A stretch of DNA of 63,481 nucleotides, counting the filler, from Blastocystis sp. subtype 4 (Eukaryota): assembly GCF_000743755.1 (NCBI RefSeq). It is 3 parts of 3 records of this genome, joined end to end, with 100 filler letters (N's around TTAATTAATTAA, not from the genome) between each part and the next. Parts side by side here need not be neighbours in the genome. Positions count along the whole stretch, not along the records: positions 42,102 to 63,481 come from NW_014569354.1; 2 more parts are not named here. One strand, 5' to 3'. Positions within the stretch are counted from its first letter, which is position 1. Every line of letters begins with the position of its first letter. Under the pieces are notes generated by a model. The model was not told where the DNA came from, did no database searches, and worked only from the letters and a program-made list of their open reading frames with translations. Positions 59,973 to 63,481 of the stretch are shown in pieces. The position numbers and the translations under genes were made by a program.

Positions 59973-60528
59973 ATGGAGGCTATTCCTCAGGAGATTTTGG
60001 ATGCTCGTAACAAGCTGAAGGCTAAATTCGGTGATTCGGTATGGTTGTGTCAATTACGCTGATTTGCAGGCTGCTTCTCGTGGAAAGGGTAGTAGCCGAA
60101 GAACTAAGAAGGTGGTTCACAAGTCTGCTTCCACTGAGGACGCTAAGCTGAAGCTTTCTCTTCAGAAGGTTGGTTGCCAGCCTATTGATGGAATTAGCGA
60201 GGCAAACCTGTTCCCTACCGATGGAAATGTTCTCCACTTCACGAAGTGTCAGAGTCTGTGTTGTATGTCCAGTTTATTCGTAGTTTGGATCAGCCCCAGT
60301 TACAATACCACTGCTATCTTTGGAAAGCCGGAGGAGAAGAGTGTGAATGAGTTTGGTAGGTAATGCGTAGGTTTAAAGGATCTGATGCCTGGTATCATCA
60401 ACCAGTTGGGTCTCGGCCAGTATTTGAATGCTGCTAACATGGCTAAGGCTGCTGAGGCTGAGCAGACTCCCGCTGAAGATGATGTTCCCGATCTTGTCGA
60501 AAACTTCGAGGATGTCAGCAAGGAATAA
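59973..60528 (+). CDS. BTF3: Nascent polypeptide-associated complex beta subunit
   Basis: GKGSSRRTKKVVHK, DAKLKLSLQK, GNVLHF, MPGIINQLG, DDVPDLVENFE. Confidence 0.92.
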
Positions 60529-60604
60529 ACGCAGTCGGTTTATGTTGATATCGATTTCTGATATGGTGATCTTGTGTTTGTACAAACAGATGATAAAAGA
60601 CTGA

Positions 60605-61105
60605 CTATCGTCTAGAATACTTCTTTCTGTTGCTACGCTTCTTGTTCTTGTTCCTGATNTCCATCTTCTTTGAATCCTTCATCATTTCTGCAAGATAGTC
60701 CTCAGGTCGCAAATAAGGAATCCCGTTCTCTTTCAACATCTTCCTCCCTTCCATTGTTGCCTTTACAGATGCTTCATAGCTTTATCTCACACAACAAGCA
60801 CACAGTCCTACAATGCCAGTTCCCTCTTTATATCATCTTCAGGATCTTTAATTTCCCCAACATCTACTGAAATATCAAGACTCTCTTTCCAAGGAAGATT
60901 GGTTTCAAGTCGCTTTAAAGCCCGTTGTAAACCATCCTATATTTCACAATATTCACTGTATGACGTACAGTATCTTTGATTACTTCTTTTGGTTTCTGAC
61001 CCTTCATTAAGGCGAGAGCACGTAACTCTTCATCAAATTGCTCATTATAATTCTCATCCTCTCTATCCTATCATTTCAATGGTTTTGATACTACTCTGAA
61101 CTCAT
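60605..61105 (-). CDS. EBP2: rRNA-processing protein EBP2-like, apparently short
   Basis: LPWKESL, DDIKRELA, GIPYLRPEDYLAEMMK; a single N at 60659. Confidence 0.75.
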
Positions 61106-61231
61106 GAGAAGGGTTGAATCAAGAAATATGAAGAGATGAAGTGAGGCGATGTCCGCGATTCTTTATCTATTCTGACAACCCTTGACAATCAAAACAAGAG
61201 AAGATGCCACACAAGATTAAAACAAACAAAT

Positions 61232-61824
61232 CTAGTTTAAAGGGAATGGAAAAGCGATCTCGGAGTATTTCAGAGATAACACATAGGTCAGAATCACGTC
61301 TTCTGCCAATTTATGATCCAGAGATTGAATAATTGATTTCTGTCAATCAAAAGAGAGAATATCACATACTACTAACGAGTAATCCACCAGTTGATGTCAC
61401 GGATAAATGAACATAAGTCAGTGGTATGCTTTTCGCTTGTTGGAATGGAGAGTTGGAGGAGTAACTCAAGGTTGTCATCTGTTTATAACTTAATCAAAGA
61501 ATATAGACCCAATATAGTACAAATCTGATTGAATTGAGCTTTCTCTTCTCGAATCACTTCTTGGAGAGCAGAATCCACTTTTCTACTTCGTTCCATTATA
61601 CTCTCTCGAGTTGTATATGGTGAATTGATATCTATCTCACTTCTGATAGGGAACAGTACTTTTGGATTCATGCTTCTTTCTGAATCCGGAGTTGAGTCCC
61701 ATTCTTGCAATGTTGTAGCAAGAGTTCGCTTGTATCCATTCCAAGCAAGGTGCAACCTTCGTAGTTCCTTCACTCTTCCAGTAATGGATGTCTGAATGGT
61801 ATGAATCTCCTTTTCTGATATCAT
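61232..61824 (-). CDS. Hypothetical protein
   Basis: ORF 61483-61824 continued through short introns to ...FPFPLN TAG, with TGTTTGTT at 61221-61228. Confidence 0.55.
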
Positions 61825-61916
61825 TCAGTGAAAGCAAATGGAACTCAATTGCGTGTGATTCCCGCGGTTCCTCTTCTCCTTCACATCCTCAAATCCTTCC
61901 AGATTATTATTCAGAT

Positions 61917-63481
61917 ATGATGGATATTCCTAGAATTGCTGAATCAGCAGTTTCATATTCGTTAGCTAATGGATTGCTTCATGGAGAGACTGTTTCAGGT
62001 CAACAGTATTTCACCCATATGCCTCTATCTTTGTTTCCATTTCCTGTATTTTTTGTTTTTGTTTTTAATCTAGATTTCAGAAACTGCCTATAACCATGGA
62101 TTACGACTGAATTCGCTATTTGGAGAACTTGTAATGAGGATTTGTGAGAAGCCTGATATATTGTTTCGTGAATTGAAAGAGTGTTGTTGTTTGGTGGAGT
62201 TGATAGGTAGTGTTACTGATGATTTCACAGTCAATTTGATCAAGATCGCAAAGAGGGCAATTGAATCTCCTTATTTCCAACCTCGAGTGATGGGAGTTAT
62301 GCGTTCTGACTACATGCTTGAGAGGGATAAGGTGACAAAGGAATCTCAAATGTTCCAAATCGAATTGAATACCATTTCATGTTCGTTTACAGGGGAAGAG
62401 GAACAGTTAACTAAACTCCATCAATATGTGTTATCATCTCATCAGTCAGATCTGGAAGCTATTGCCAAGTTTATGAATGTCTCAGTGATGGATATTGAGC
62501 GATATGTGAAGGATACTGAGTTCAACAAGACAGCTGAAGGTACTTGTGATGGGTTATATGAAGGAGTAACAACCTACAATAGAACATAGTAAATGAGAGA
62601 AGTGGATTTGATAGATAGTGGAACAAAGGATACAATCGTGTTAGTAGTATGTCAAGAAGGAGAGAACAACAGTGTTGATCAAGCTCTGTTGACTCTTCGT
62701 TTGTATACCAAATACCATGTGTTGAGTGTCTATCAGACACATCAACAGTTACTTCAATCGATGCAGGTGGACAATGGAGTGATGATGGTTGATAATCACG
62801 AGGTGGCTGTTGTGTACTTCCGTAGTGGATATACTCCAGCTGATTATTCATCACAAGAGTTATGGGGTGTACGTGAGAGAATTGAGTGTTGTCGTGCTAT
62901 TAAGGCAGGTTATACGAATGTTGAATGAGTGGATAGTGTCCAAATGTGCTTCTTCATCTCACAGGATGTAAGAAGATGCAGCAACAGCTATCAATGGCTG
63001 GAATCATCGAGGAGTTGATGGGAGATGAGACCAAGGCAATGGAGCTGCGTCAGTGCTTTGCTCCCATGTATCCTGCTTATGAGGTTGTCAATGGAATCTA
63101 TCCTCAGGTGTTTGCCGATGTGAATGAGAATCCATATCAATATGTGTTGAAGCCTCAGAGAGAAGGAGGTGGGTTTAATTTGTGGGGAGAGGAGATTGTA
63201 TCCACATTGAAGCGGAATGATCGGTATCATCGGAAAATGGGGATGATGAGTAGACAAGAGTTAGAGAACCTGATTCTAATGAAACGGATATTCCCAGAAG
63301 AACATGAGTGTGTTCATGTGAAGATGGGTGTGAGTTCTGTGCATCCATCACTCAGTGAGATTGGATTCTATTCTTGTGTTCTGTTTGACACTGACAAGAA
63401 GTCAATGTTGTTTGCTAAGGATGTTGGTGTCCTTGTTCGAACAAAAGTGTCTGATTCTCTGGAAGGAGGTGTGTCTGCTGG
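61917..63481 (+). CDS. GSS: Eukaryotic glutathione synthetase, 3'-partial
   Basis: THMPLSLFP, MRSDYML, QIELNTIS, VYFRSGYTP, LKPQREGGG, SEIG, EGGVSA. Confidence 0.93.

Overview
Compact, AT-rich eukaryotic nuclear DNA with very short (about 25-35 nt) GT-AG introns, tiny intergenic spaces and a TGTTTGTT motif just after most gene ends. This combination points to the stramenopile gut protist Blastocystis (inferred from gene structure, not from a search). Two N gaps carry an artificial TTAATTAATTAA linker, so the window is three separately assembled pieces. About 30 protein genes can be reconstructed: an LRR repeat gene, a divergent Hsp70, a cyclin-like gene, a CDK11-like kinase, an EDEM/GH47 mannosidase, a KKVVKK-repeat protein, RWDD4, an amino-acid transporter, SPEC3/Stum, RNase Z, a double-kinase/ANTH/ArfGAP fusion, MED7, an RS-cyclophilin, RtcB, SERP1, a SAPS protein, a PDZ-CHD-PZP remodeller, a MORN-like protein, SERCA, BEACH-WD40, RBM39, COG3, BTF3, EBP2 and glutathione synthetase. 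There is also a tRNA-Lys(CTT) gene and a 5S rRNA-like gene. Highlights: (1) several stop codons that appear to be completed only by poly(A) addition; (2) palindromic or back-to-back TGTTTGTT signals shared by convergent genes; (3) a well-folding 5S rRNA that lacks helix IV/loop D; (4) unusual multidomain proteins. CDS coordinates are gene spans including introns, spliced by eye.
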